Shown here piece after piece: positions 25,185 to 38,869 of a stretch of DNA of 64,000 nt. A model generated the notes under the pieces. That model searched no databases, was not told the DNA's origin, and saw nothing but the letters and a program-made list of their open reading frames with translations. The stretch's first letter is position 1. Every line of letters begins with the position of its first letter. The DNA comes from Octopus vulgaris (taxonomy: Eukaryota), in contig OX597821.1 of NCBI GenBank assembly GCA_951406725.2, positions 14,694,001 to 14,758,000 of the forward strand. The letters run 5' to 3'. The position numbers and the translations under genes were made by a program.

Positions 25185-26400
25185 TTCCTCAAAGTCCAAC
25201 CTTTGACCTCATCGTGGTGGGAAGGTTAAATGAATGAGTATCAGAGCCACCCAAAGCGGACACCGGCTGTGCTGGGGCCACAACCCGACTAGCTGGAGGG
25301 CAATAGTGAACTCCCGGTGGCGTCTGTTCCAGAATCCGGTGGTTTCCTGATGGCGTTGGATCGCGTCTGCAGGCATCCTGCAGTGAGAAGGCATAACACG
25401 AGTACGACCTGGCATCGGTCGTGTATGGTGGCTTACGATTACAGACGGGAACTGTTTGCACGGACTCTGATCAGCCCTTAAAACTCCTATGAACTCACAA
25501 AGAAACGTGACGTGGTGAACTCATGAGGAACCGGCTTGACCTCGCCCCTCCCCGGGTGAATGCCGTTACAAGACAAGAAGACAAAACCACATTCAAGCTG
25601 GTAAAGCCATTGATGATTACCTTGTTAATACATCGCTCTAATTCTTCTGCGTATACATAAAATCCTCGTGTGGATGTGTGCACCGGCTGAAAACAAGTAC
25701 TGGGAGAGATAGCAATTCAGTCTCCATTCTGATGGACACTCAATAAATTTCTAGTAACAACATGAAGTTGCTAATTGGTAATATAAATGTGCAGGTTGTC
25801 AGTAGTACAAACTGGATCACAACACACTGCTTGGGAAAAGGGTGGGAAACGACGGAATATTATATCATCTCTTTTGCTTCTTAGCAATAACTTATGTAGA
25901 AATATCTCTTAAATTTCTTTCTGGTCTTTTTTAATGGGGATGGTGGTGATCAGACAGTAACAGCAAGGAAATAAAATGAAGATGTTTGTATCAACTAACG
26001 CCAGATGGAATTGGTGTTGAGATGACGTTGGATCAATTCACTAACATCGGAAAAATAAAACAGACTGGAGCTAACATTTCAGAGAAGCGAGTATAAATCA
26101 TACAACTAGTATGGCGTTAATAAGCTGAACGACACCACGACCCTCAGTGAATATCAATTACTCAATAACAGATTGCATCAAATGAAACTGACCAGAAGGT
26201 TGTGAAAGACTGGACATTGTCTAGACATGTAGTTAATGAGCGTTCATAAGAAATAATTAGATGCTGACAGAAGATCTGGCACCGCTCTTTGAAGGAAAGG
26301 AAGCAGATAATCAACGAAACGAAGCAAAAATACTAAGAAAAAAAGAGCGTTCAGCAAAATGTAATGGTTTATAAGGTTATGGATAGAAAGTTAATTAAGC
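25185..26400 (+). mobile_element. Degenerate 5' portion of an RTE-like LINE (GC-rich 5' UTR plus APE endonuclease remnant)
   Basis: GC-rich block followed by MKLLIGNINVQ at about 25762 (cf. APE motif I.TWNV) and HCLD at about 26215; heavily decayed. Confidence 0.4.
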
Positions 26401-27382
26401 GGTCCATGGATCAAATCAAAAGTTCACAGTAAAGAAAGGGAAACTATGGAAAAAGAAGTTGTTTATTTCATTAGTTGTTTATTTCATCACTTTCCTACTT
26501 TCGGAGTCGATAAAAATGCACTAATTTAGAGCCTGGATTGATAGAACTGCTTATGGCGGAACAGAAAGTTGCCTTGCAGTATCTGTCCTGGCGCTTTGCA
26601 GCTCTGACTATGATGCCTGCAACGACACTAGTGCCAAGCTCTATCGACCCAAGTAGGCTGCCTTTCCCTCAGATAACCATCAGTGATGTAGAGAACTAAG
26701 ACTTGCATGTGTGACAATTGTTAGTCTTCCTTTAGCCCCTCCCTCCCAAAGAACAAATACTTGCCCAGGCTTGCACACACTTGTACAAAAGTATCGTTCT
26801 TGACAAGACAGAAGCAAAATGGGTTTCAGTTGATTTATTCAATCTATATTACAAGAGCTTTATCATAAGAGCTGCGTTTCTCAAACCGTCCGTCACACAG
26901 TAGTTTTATGACTTCATGAAATAAAACATTTTGCAGAATTTGAAAAATATTCTATTATAACGTTATTTCAATCACAATTTGGTAGCATAATATACTTGGT
27001 AATAAATTATGTACTTTTATATATTATATATTTGTTGATATATTTGATATTTTTTTCTTTTGCGTTATACTTCATTTCAGAATTTACGACACATTCCTAC
27101 TACCACGTCATAATTTTCCGATATCCCTAAGAACACGATCAATAATTATCAAGTAATCTATTTGGATAAACGAAATAAAAAGCAATGAATATATTTTAAT
27201 TAAACATCATTAAAAGATTATTTACTAAGCCTTTGCTAAAGAAGAGTAACATAAATTTTAATAATTTACTCAGTTAAAAAGGTACCTAACATAGTGTCTA
27301 TTTTTCCTGAAAATGAGAAGATAGGTAAAGTTAACTTTTTAATTGTTTTAATGATTCTTTATATTTAAACTGAACATGTACA

Positions 27383-27595
27383 ATTTTTCTACTTTTAGAC
27401 ACAAGGACCAAAATTTTTGGGGAGGGGCCAGTCGATTAGATCGACCCTAGTATGCAACTGGTACTTAATTTATCGACCCCGAAAGGATGAAGGGCAAAGT
27501 CGACCTCTGTGGAATTTGTACTCAGAACGTAGACAGACGAAATACTGCTAAGCATTTCGCCCAGCGTGCTAACGTTTCTGCCATCTCGTCGCCTT
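27383..27595 (-). mobile_element. SINE family B, full length, tail type 2
   Basis: Reverse-complement head ...CTGCCATCTCGTCGCCTT; TSD TGAACATGTA at 27371-27380 and 27595-27604. Confidence 0.9.
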
Positions 27596-28385
27596 GAACA
27601 TGTAAAATTCTACAATCTTGCCGTCAACCAAGCATCTGGTATCGAACCAGTCTAATCTAAAACAGATCTCGTATCTTAATGGTGCTTAGTTTATCGATAC
27701 TGGAGCCAAACTCAACACAAATAGGATTTATCTTTATCTCTGAGTTCAAATCACGCTGACGTCAACTTTACCTTTATCTTTCTGGGGTGTAAGAAAATAA
27801 GTACCAGATGAGTAATGGAATCAATTTGATCACCTACCCTTATTCCTCATGCTGGGAGCCTTGCATCTATTTAAGTAATCGATATCATTGGGTTCTAAAA
27901 TAGAACTATTGGTTGCCCTGGCTGTTTAGTGTGTGCTCAATCTCCAGTGTTCCAAAACTGTAACAATGTTTCAATTCTATATAAAATATTCTATTTCGAA
28001 GTTCATTTGATCGGATAATTGTTACAGAAAACAATAGTACGAAAATAGTATTAACAGCAATAATACAAAAAAACAAAAAAACATTAACAACAGCCGAAGT
28101 GTCGGAGGTGAAGGCTTGGTAAAGTAACTAACATCAAAATAGAAGAAACTAGTTCAAATTTAGTTATTAACCAGACTTTGAACTGCAACATTTCTATATA
28201 CAGTTTGGAAAAAAAAAAAAAAGAAGTAAATGTGAACTGTTAATTTACTTTTCAATATCAATGTATTTTCATTGTGCTTGAATCTATCTGGTATCTATAC
28301 GTGTTATGTGATCTAACTTTTGGAATGTAAATTTCCGCATTTTCTGGTGTTTTTAAATTTTAAATCTTTTAGTTAACAATGAATA

Positions 28386-28757
28386 GGCGCGGGAGTGGCT
28401 GTGTGGTAAGTAGCTTGCTTACCAGCCACATGGTTCCGGGTTCAGTCCCACTGCGTGGCATCTTGGGCAAGTGTCTTCTGCTATAGCCTCGGACCGACCA
28501 ATGCCTTGTGAGTGGATTTGGTAGACGGAAACTGAAAGAAGCCTGTCGTATATATGTATATGTATATATATGTGTGTTTGTGTGTCTGTGTTTGTCCCCC
28601 TAGCATTGCTTGACAACCGATGCTGGTGTGTTTACGTCCCCGTTACTTAGCGGTTCGGCAAAAGAGACTGATAGAATAAGTACTGGGCTTACAAAGATTT
28701 GCTCGACTAAAGGCGGTGCTCCAGCATGGCTGCAGTCAAATGACTGAAAAGAGAGAG
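28386..28757 (+). mobile_element. SINE family A with small internal deletion
   Basis: Full head to tail; lacks the AATAAGTCCCGGGGTCG block. Confidence 0.9.
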
Positions 28758-28983
28758 TACTCATGACACAATGACAGGGCTTTCGGAACAAGTGAGGGAG
28801 AGAAGTGGGAATTATCAAACCCGGAAATCCACTAAAGATTCCTAAGTTGCCAAGCGGCGGTACTAAATCGAACGCTAGATTAAATCTGCCACCCAAGTAA
28901 GCAACGGCTGGAACTGAACTCAGAACACAAAGAACCGGAACAAATCCCGAAAGCTATCCTTCTGACGTTCTTATAGTTTCAAT

Positions 28984-29365
28984 GTGGAGGCGCAATGGCC
29001 CAGTGGTTAGGGCAGCGGACTCGCGGTCATAGGATCGCGGTTTCGATTCCCAGACCGGGCGTTGTGAGTGTTTATTGAGCGAAAACACCTAAAGCTCCAC
29101 GAGGCTCCGGCAGGGATGGTGGTGATCCCTGCTGTACTCTTTCACCACAACTTTCTCTCACTCTTACTTCCTGTTTCTGTTGTACCTGTATTTCAAAGGC
29201 CGGCCTTGTCATCTCTGTGTCACGCTGAATATCCCCGAGAACTACGTTAAGGGTACACGTGCCTGTGGAGTGCTCAGCCACTTACACGTTAATTTCACGA
29301 GCAGGCTGTTCCGTTGATTCGGATCAACTGGAACCCTCGTCGTCGTAACCGATGGAGTGCTTCCT
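28984..29365 (+). mobile_element. tRNA-derived SINE family D, full length
   Basis: GGAGGCGCAATGGCCCAGTGGTTAGGGC (A box)...GGTTTCGATTCC (B box); near-identical inverted copy at 56900-57283. Confidence 0.9.
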
Positions 29366-29461
29366 TCCGCTCTGATTAATATTTTTTTTATCGATGTCGA
29401 AAGTATGAAAGGCAAAGTTGACAATATGCATACAATAGTCTCAATAATATAAATTTCGGAG

Positions 29462-29675
29462 TTACTCTTTTACTCTTTTACTTGTTTCAGTCATTTTACT
29501 GCGGCCATGCTGGAGCACCGCCTTTTAGTCGAGCAAATCGACCCCAGGACTTATTCTTTGTAAGCCTAGTACTTACTCTATCGGTGTCTTTTGCTGAACC
29601 GCTAAGTTACGAGGATGTAAACACACCAGCATCGGTTATCAAGCGATGTTGGGGGGGGGACAAACACAGACACAT

Positions 29676-29761
<86 letters not shown>

Positions 29762-30178
29762 AGGCGGCGAGCTGGCAGAAACGTTAGCACGCCGGGCGAA
29801 ATGCGTTGCCGTATTTCGTCTGCCGTTACATTCCGAGTTCAAATTCCGCCGAGGTCGACTTTGCCTTTCATCCTTCCGGGGTCGATAAATTAAGTACCAG
29901 TTACGCACTGGGGTCGATGTAATCGACTTAATCCGTTTGTCTGTCCTTGTTTGTCTCCTCTGTGTTTAACCCCTTGTGGGTAGTAAAGAAAAATATATAT
30001 ATATATACATATATACGACGGACTTCTTTCAGTTTCCGTCTACCAAATCCACTCACAAGGCTTTGGTCGGCCCGAAGCTATAGTAGAAGACACTTGCCCA
30101 AGGTGCCACGCAGTGGGACTGAACCCGGTACCATGTGGTTGGTAAGCAAGCTGCTTACCACGCAGCCACTCCTGCGCC
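29462..30178 (-). mobile_element. SINE family A interrupted by a nested SINE B
   Basis: Tail half 29462-29725 and head half 30013-30178 are separated by a family B copy lying in the internal (TA)n. Confidence 0.92.
29760..29992 (+). mobile_element. SINE family B, tail type 1, nested in SINE A
   Basis: CAAGGCGGCGAGCTGG...AACCCCTTGTGGGTAGTAAAGAAA, flanked by (TA)n. Confidence 0.92.
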
Positions 30179-30481
30179 TATAAATAAAAAAAAAACAAAA
30201 ACAATATTACACAATCAGTATTTGGCTACTAGGCTAATATCTAAATTTGTTGACAACATGAATACTATATTCCTCCAAGTACAGAAACATCTTGCTTCTA
30301 ACATGGTTAAAAGGTTGACTTTGATGTGAAACAGAATGTAATAATTTCCGTATTTTCTCTCTTTTTAAATAAAACTTTAGTAGAAAATGGATGCTCTGGG
30401 AGTCAGTTGTATCTCCTGTCGTTAAGACTATAAATTTTTCAACGTACAAAATATTGGATTCCTTATTTTCTATTTATATGT

Positions 30482-30900
30482 GACGCAGGAGTGGCTGTGT
30501 GGTAAGTATCTTGTTTACCAGCCATATGGTTCCGGGTTCAGTCCCACTGCGTGGCAACTTGGGCAAGTGTCTTCTACTATAGCCTCGGGTCGACCAAAAC
30601 CTTGTGAGTGGATTTGGTAGACGGAAACTGAAAAGAAGCCCGTCGTATATGTGTATATATGTATATGCGTGTGTGTGTGTTTGTGTGTCTGTGTTTGTCC
30701 CTCTAGCATTGCTTGACAACCGATGCTGGTGTGTTTATGTCCCCGTTAACTTAGCGGTTCGGCAAAAGAGACCGATAGAATAAGTACTGGGCTTACAAAA
30801 AAAGAATAAGTCCCGGGGTCGAGTTGCTCGATTAAAGGCGGTGCTCCAGCATGGCCGCAGTCAAATGACTGAAACAAGTAAAAGAGTAAAAAGAGAGAGA
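30482..30900 (+). mobile_element. SINE family A, full length
   Basis: Matches the 8562 copy from head to tail. Confidence 0.92.
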
Positions 30901-31630
30901 GTGTTCCCTCTAAAACCACACGTCATCATTTCTCCCCAACATTTACACTCATTCCACATTGGTCACATCACTCTATAACTGAGAGGTGCAATAGTCACGT
31001 GGTTACACATACTTTCGGGTGAAGAAGTATGATTATACCTCCAGTTCCTGAGGCCAGAGCTGTGGCACAGTGAGAGTGCGACCCATCTGGGGCGATCCGT
31101 GATTCTGCCACACCTCCGTGATATACTCCTATACAGGCTTTACACTGCAGACCCAAAAGCAACCTCCATAAAAGCGTCACCCGGAGTAAATTACCCCCTC
31201 ATCCTCACCTCCAGCTACGATATAAGTCCAGTGTAGTGTTGCTGTACATAAAATATTGAACTTGTCTCCCATATCTGACTGCAACGCAAGAAATGAAAAA
31301 AAACCCCAAAAAAAAACCAACGTGGTAATATGGCAATGAACTGGAAACTGGAGTTTAGTTTCGCAGTATGAGAAGCTGAGATTGAATCCCACTCTTACAT
31401 AGAAAATCGTCTGCAAACTGGTTGGCTCAGTGACAATTCAGTTCTTATTCTAACTTGATTTTCTGAAATATTGTTACTCATCGAAAAATTTGCTTTAATC
31501 GACATCATTTTTAATCAAGATATTTATCTCACTTTACACTGTTTCCATTGCAGATGAAATGAAAATAAATCATATTTTAGCAAATTGCTAGAGAAAGAGA
31601 AATTCATTAACAAACTGTCTGAAAATGTAT

Positions 31631-32053
31631 TTACTCTTTTACTCTTTTACTCTTTTACTTGTTTCAGTCATTTGACTGCGGCCATGCTGGAGCACCGCCT
31701 TTAATCGAACAACTCGACCCCGGGACTTATTCTTTGTAAGCCCAGTACTTATTCAATCGGTCTCTTTTTGCCGAACCGCTAAGTGACGGGGACATAAACA
31801 CACCAGCATCGGTTGTCAAGCAATGATAGGGGGACAAACACAGACACACAAACATACACACCCACATACATATATATATATACATATATCCGACAGGCTT
31901 CTTTCAGTTTCCGTCTACCAAATCCACTCACAAGGCATTGGTCGGCCCGTGGCTATAGCAGAAGACACTTGCCCAAGATGCCACGCAGTGGGACTGAACC
32001 CGGAACCATGTGGTTGGTTAGCAAGCTACTTACCACACAGCCACTCCTGCGCC
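31631..32053 (-). mobile_element. SINE family A, full length
   Basis: (TTTTACTC)n tail through ...CCACTCCTGCGCC. Confidence 0.92.
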
Positions 32054-32439
32054 TATTTGTGTAGATCTATTAACAATATTCTGGTCACACGAATCATTCA
32101 TACTCATACCCGCGGTCCTCGGAGTCTGGGTGAACGGAAAACAAGCTTGCGAGCGACAAAGACTGGAACGAAGGAATCAAGTAATGGACAGTCTGTGGCA
32201 CGAGACCGCAGTGTATGATGAAAAATGGCGGTTGTGTCTGAGATTTACCACACTGGTAGCCTCTACTATTTTTACCGACAACATAAAAAAAGCTAATCAT
32301 CCCTGAAATAACGCCATAAAATCATAAAAATATGACATTAGATAATATATTCATTATTGATAAAAAATTAAATAGAATGGAATGACTTGAAGAAACATAA
32401 AATATTTTCGTGCCCAAGTAAGAAATTTGCTGCTCAGCC

Positions 32440-32544
32440 AAAAGGTCCCACGTGACACCTTGGGCAAGTGTTTTCGATTTTAACCCTGGTCGACCAAAAC
32501 TTTGTGGGGTGGAATTGGTAGACGGGAAGTGAAAAAACATCGTG

Positions 32545-32576
<32 letters not shown>

Positions 32577-32790
32577 TGCGTTTGCATTTTTGTAATTGCT
32601 TTTTGTGCTCCGCCTCGCCGCTTGACCTCTGGTAATGGTTGTTTTGGTACCTGTAATTTAGCGATTCGACTGAAAGGGACTGATAGAAATAAATAATAAG
32701 CTTAAAAATAAGTACTGGGGTCGATTTCTTTTTGCTAAACCATTCGAAGCGATGCTCCAGCATAGCCGCAGGCCAATGGCTGAAACATGT
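32440..32790 (+). mobile_element. SINE family A, old degenerate copy
   Basis: CACCTTGGGCAAGTG...TTGGTAGACGG...(TG)n...GATGCTCCAGCATAGCCGCAG. Confidence 0.75.
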
Positions 32791-33334
32791 AATTGATGAA
32801 AAGGTGAAAGACAAACAGAAAATTTATTTGAAGTCTTCAAGTAACACGTACTACACACAGAATGCGAACGAGCATTTCTTACGTTGCAGTCAGATAAGTA
32901 ACAATAAAATAGTATGTAATAATTCTTTCATGTTTCCAAAGAAAAAAAAAACTCATTTGAAATTAAGACAAAAATCATATATATATATATATAAACATTT
33001 TGAAATGTTACTATGGCAACGACCTCTTGACTTAGCCAACATCACATTATCGGCTTCAATTCAAACACAATTTTGCACTAATTCCACCAGTCACATAGTA
33101 GCGACCAATCTCAGCAATTCTGCTACTACTACTAGCTACTATTTCGTTTGACGATGAAGCTTGGTAATTTGTGTTTGTTGGTTGGTTTCTATGGAATCTA
33201 TTACTCCACGGTGTTAACCTTGACTTCTCTTCGAATGTTTCCAAATTATATGTTACCATGGCACTCATTTTCATTCCGTCAGTCTCTCTTTCCATTTTCC
33301 ATTCCATCGCTCTATTTCAAATACTAGCACGCAC

Positions 33335-33432
<98 letters not shown>

Positions 33433-34367
33433 GGTGTGTATGTTTGAGTGTGTGTGTGTGAGTGCGTACATGAATAAATTCTATAGTCTTCATGTATGCT
33501 AGTTTATATGCTTCGGCATATTAATAAATATATGTTTTTATATGAATGTTATATGTAAATGTATTTGCGTATGTGAACATATAATCCGCATAATTACTTC
33601 TATATAAGTATATATACATGTATGTATATATACATCTGCATACACTCACAAATCTATATACGCATACATAAATATTTATTTATCAAAATATATTTAGATA
33701 TACACATATACATAAGCACATACATGCGTGTGTTAAGTATGTGTAAGTATGCGTGCGTGTGTGCGCGTTTGTGTGTCGTGCGTATGTATGTGTGACTATA
33801 TGCCTGTGCTTGTATGCGCAATTTTGTTTGAGTGCATAAGAATTGATTCCTTTTGCCTTGTCTTTTGCCGCCGGCGAGGATAATCAGCTGATAAAGTTGC
33901 TTACATGTTTTAGGCCTTCTCAAGCCAATCACATTTTCGCAGAGTCCCGAAGGGCCTGTTATTTTCCGGTGATAGGAGGCGTAATTTAAACTTAAAACGC
34001 ACTGAACCAAAAAAGAATCCACAAAGCACCTGACCTAATATTTCGCCAATACACAGTACCAGATAAGTACATTATTTATCAATTCCGGATAAATAAGCCA
34101 TAAATGCCCCAGGATATGAAAAGAACGCAGAAATAGAACTCAGTTCATAAGAGTATATAGAAATATTTTATTTTAAAATACATAAAAACGTTTGGCTGCA
34201 ATGTGACTCAAGTGACGAAAGGCTCGTGCATTGCATCAATAAATGATAATTGCAATTCACGTAACCCTCAGGTCTTCAGTCACTTGGGTAGCTTTATAGC
34301 CGGAAAAAAATGCAAGCATAAATACATATATACATTATGTATACAAAGATATTTGTGTCTGTGCATG

Positions 34368-34420
<53 letters not shown>

Positions 34421-35073
34421 TTGTGTGTGTGCATTATGTACGTACGTATGTATGTATGTATGTATGTATGTATGTATGTATGTATGTATGTATGTATGTA
34501 TGTATGTATGCACGTATGACTTGAAGAATAAATTGAGAATAGAAGAAACCGTGCAGCACCTAATCGAAGATGATGCAAAAACATTGGTCAAACCTCATCA
34601 ATTTGACCACAATAAAGTAAATGACCATAATTAATGGAGAGAGTTTTCTAGTGTGGATATCCAGATAATTAAAGTACTTATTAGCAAATGCAGAAGCAAG
34701 AATACTTATGGAAACGGGACTTGAAAATAAACTTAATAAACTTTATTTAACAGAAAAGCCATTTATACCACCCCATGTTAACGGTAGCTTTAATTCAAGA
34801 ACGGACATTCTCATTACTTTTTGCTATTTTGATATTATGAAGAAGCATATTTACACAAAATTTAGATTTTCAGCATATTTTTCCCACTGGCTGCAATAAT
34901 TTAATATGTTGTCTGTCAGTCTATCTGTTTGTCCGTCTGTCTACTACCTTTTCTGTCTCTGTCGCTGTCTCACTTTCTGCAATTCTCTTTCTATTTAGCT
35001 ATCATTCCTCTCCCCCCGATACTTTCTGTGGTTACTTTTCTTTTCTTCTGTCTTGTTTTTATTTTATAATTTA

Positions 35074-35471
35074 CCAGCAGTATCGCCCGGCGTTGCTCGG
35101 GTTTGTAAGGGAAATAACTATATAAGCATTTTTAGAGAGTTATAGCCAAAAAATAGCAAAAAAATGAATTAAAAATGGGAAAAAATGATAGTAATTTTTT
35201 TTTTTTAATCGTTGACGCATCGTAGACATTTTTAGAGAGTTACTTCCCTTATATAATAGCGAAAAAATGCATTAAAATGGAAAAAAATGATGGTAAATTT
35301 TTTTAAAAATCGTAGACTCATCGTAGACGCGCGCTAATACCCAGAAGGGCTCGATATGAATCACGACTATAAGATACCCGGTTTTGGTTAAAATGCACCG
35401 CAAAATGTGGGAGTAGTTAGGAATCTAAATCGTAGGAGACAGACACACAACTTCTCTTTTATATATAGAGA
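35074..35471 (-). mobile_element. Non-autonomous Helitron
   Basis: Minus strand starts TC(TCTATATATAAAAG) and ends with hairpin CCCGAGC-AAC-GCCGGG then CTGG (CTRR); inserted between A and T with no TSD; 4 copies in the window. Confidence 0.88.
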
Positions 35472-37299
35472 TATTGTTTTTATCTTTTAGCCAAGGAGGA
35501 AGGCAATGTTTGTGACCCTTTACAAGGTCTCCATGATTGAAAGGGTGGGGGAGGAGGAAGGTATCCTCAAATCTTAGTCCTGGCCTGCACCGGAGTGGGC
35601 TCTGCTAAAGGCACCAAATATGTCAGCTGATGTTAAACTGGGCGACCAATTACTGCCAAGTGTTTCTATCACTAAGCTGCAAGGCGAATATTTCAAAATA
35701 ACATTTTCATAAAATAAGTTTATGAATTACTATTATTCTGTGAATGTTAAAGTGTGGTCGATTGTTTTTCAATGTCACATCTTCTCTTTTATATAAATTT
35801 CCGTCTCTTACGCTTTAATATTTTAATATTCTCAAAGTATTTAAATATGAAAGTATTTTTTACATGAATTGTTTGGACTACACAACGCCTGTTCACCTAA
35901 TCGCATTATCTCGTTATATTATATTATATTATATTTGTTTTTATACCAGTAAACAATTCGAAACTTTATTTTTTTTATTTTTGCACTTCTTTTGAATATT
36001 CATAATAACAATTAGTTTCCCCTTCATTGACCGATTTATGTCTGAAGATCAAAGACGTGAAACTCAGAGCTACGAAATATAAAGTTTATTTAGAGACTCA
36101 TGCACACACTTTTTGCGTGTGTGTGTGTGTGTGTGTCAAAAGACAATCATTTGCAGGAGCGACTAAGAATGTTTACTTTCAGAAGAAAATATTTCGCAGA
36201 ATAAACATAACAACAGTTGCAGTTATAACATAATACGGATGAAGTTAGATATTTTGGAGGTGATTGCGTAATTAGGAGTGAAACTCATCAATATACTACC
36301 GTAATGACAAGCTTGCTGTCTTGTCAAAAATTATATAAGCAGACTTTCCTGCTTTTTACCTTTAATACCACCCATTTTCATGATTCTTAGTCTTTCCTGA
36401 GTATCCCTTCTGATGTTTTCATGGGTTTCGTATAAAAAATAATAACCAAATTTTTAGTTCAGAAAGATCGTTGACAGTGTTTAAGATAATGGCTACAAAT
36501 CTGTGGCAGCTGTTAAAACTCATACTGACAGAAGATTGTCTGAAAGGCAAATTTCATGATTTACTTCTAGTTTGTGATATTCAATTTAATTTGAAATATT
36601 TCTGTTTCGTAAGATTGCCCGGTAAAAGCAACAAACACTATAGAAAAGATCAAATCTTCACAAGAAAGAACAAACTAAATTTAAAATATTTTCTCTACTT
36701 CTGCTTGCCTTCATAACTGTCTATTTGCCAAGCAAAAACACATCAAACACAAACTTTGCTTCTCCCACTTTCTCTCTTACGAACACACGCGCACAGAACG
36801 CTCAAAGAACTACACACGTACAGGATTATTTATATACTCACTAATATGATTGGCAATGCTTAGCAACATGTAAACAAAGAACTCTTTCAAAAAGACAGTA
36901 GAATGTAATTTTCTTATGATAAGGTTATAGAGATTTAAAGAACATATCCTGAGATTCAATGTAAAAATTCAACAACAATATAAAAACAGCAGTGAAACAT
37001 GAAGAAGCAGTTAGGGTGTTTAAAATATAGACGGTACAGCAGGGTACAAAAAAAATAATTGAAATGGTTTTCTTGTGCTCACTTTTAGAGTACCATGCAA
37101 TATTGTTAATATTAAATTATTTCACATAGACTCGATCACAGAAGAAAGTAGAATTTCAATGTATGTTCATGAGTCTATGTTAGACCCCCCACCCCCACAA
37201 AATTGAGATTGCAGTAAATTTGACCAAAGTACAAAATATACATAAAAATTTAAGTTTCTGGGACAATTTTCAATTTGTATCCCAAAATATTTTCTCATA

Positions 37300-37706
37300 G
37301 GCGTAGGAGTGGCCGTGTGGTAAGTAGCTTGTTTACCAGCCACATGGTTCCGGGTTCAGTCCCACTGCGTGGCACCTTGGGCAAGTGTCTTCTACTATAG
37401 CCTCGGGTCGACCAAGGCCTTGTGAGTGGATTTGGTAGACTGAAACTGAAAGAAACCCGTCGTATATGTGTATACATATATATATATAAATATATATATG
37501 TGTGTGTGTGTGTATGTTTGTCCCCCCAACATCGCTTGACAACCGATGCTGGTGTGTTTACGTTCCCGTAACTTAGCGGTTCGGCAAAAAGAGACCAACA
37601 GAATAAGTACTAAGCTTACAAAAAATAAGTCCTGGGGTCGATTTTCTCGAATAAAGGCGGTGCTCCAGCATGGATACACTCAAATGACTGAAACAAGTAA
37701 AAGAAT
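37300..37706 (+). mobile_element. SINE family A, full length
   Basis: Matches the family from head to tail. Confidence 0.92.
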
Positions 37707-38110
37707 ATAGCATTCTCAAAAACTTCTGTAAGATAAATTGGTAATGACGAAGAGAGTACGGTTGTGAGTACATGCAGCCGAAATGGAGTTTCGCCGAAGA
37801 GTCTCTGGATAGCTCGTACGTGAAAAATCTCTTCAAGTCGAGCCGCCACTTCTCCGCAGCTTTGATACTATTGATATGTGATTAGAATGTCGGAAGAAAG
37901 AATCGGGTTCTTCAATCCGGGCCAACCGGCAGACCTCGGAGTAGACTAAGTTCGAAATGGCTGGAGGATATCTATAGTTTCAGTTTGGTCCCATTTGAGA
38001 ATCCAGTCAGAAAGTGTAATGACGTTTGCTTCTGATATGACTCAATGGAGGACTGGACCCCACCTCCTCACGATTCTCCCAGGAATAGCCGGTGGAGAAG
38101 ATGGATGAAT
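37707..38110 (+). mobile_element. Degenerate 3' end of an RTE-clade LINE
   Basis: Frames read PTGRPRSRLSSKWLEDI...ASDMTQWR (cf. RTE C-terminal GRP..RW.D.I...A.DR..WR); ends GAAGATGGATG. Confidence 0.6.
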
Positions 38111-38869
38111 AGAATATTTCATGGCATTCTCATATATTTTTCTAATATAACTGGTATGTTTTTTTCCTCCGTATTACTCCTCGACTGCATTCTAATACTG
38201 TAAAAATTTCCTCAATTATTTTCATACATTTAATATTACTGTATATTCTTCGCTTTATTCTAGCTTTGAAATTTTTCGATAAATTTTAAGTTTATTTTTT
38301 AACAACTATATTTTCTCTTTCAGTGTCCTATCACTTTATTTTCTACATCATCTCAGGGGTACCTTTATACTCTTATTTATTCTCAGTGAATCCTAATATA
38401 TTCAACCACATAGGGTGTCTTTAAGTGGTCACTTGAACATCTAAAAATAGCAACCGAGCCTCCTTCAAGCTACACTCTACCACCTTATCTAGGAACAGGA
38501 CACATCAGATAATGAAGTCCAACATATCATTGAAAAGACGGGATGTTCATGGCTGAAATGGGTGGAATGTCTGCTTGATGTGAACGGACCCGGTGTTAGA
38601 CAACAATATCCTATTTCTCTAATTCCCCCACCCAGAATTGCAACTTTTGTTGTATGAAATACAGGAATACTAAAAAATTAGGGGAACAAAAAAAAAACGA
38701 TCTTTTTTTCCCATGAGAGATGGGACTTCGAGAGACAGCTGTTATAAAACCTTTCATATTTATTATTATGAATGGATATATTATTTATAGCCATCGAATA
38801 AATAGACTTATATAACTAGTGCATACATATTTATAGTAAGACAGAATAAGAACATATTCATACGGCTAG

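Noticed and set aside
28321-28342. TGGAATGTAAA matching the 5' half of miR-1
   Set aside because: The 3' half does not match and there is no hairpin partner
28987-29060. tRNA-like sequence with A and B boxes
   Set aside because: No acceptor stem; continues into a repeated body, with a TSD at the second copy, so it is a SINE head rather than a tRNA gene
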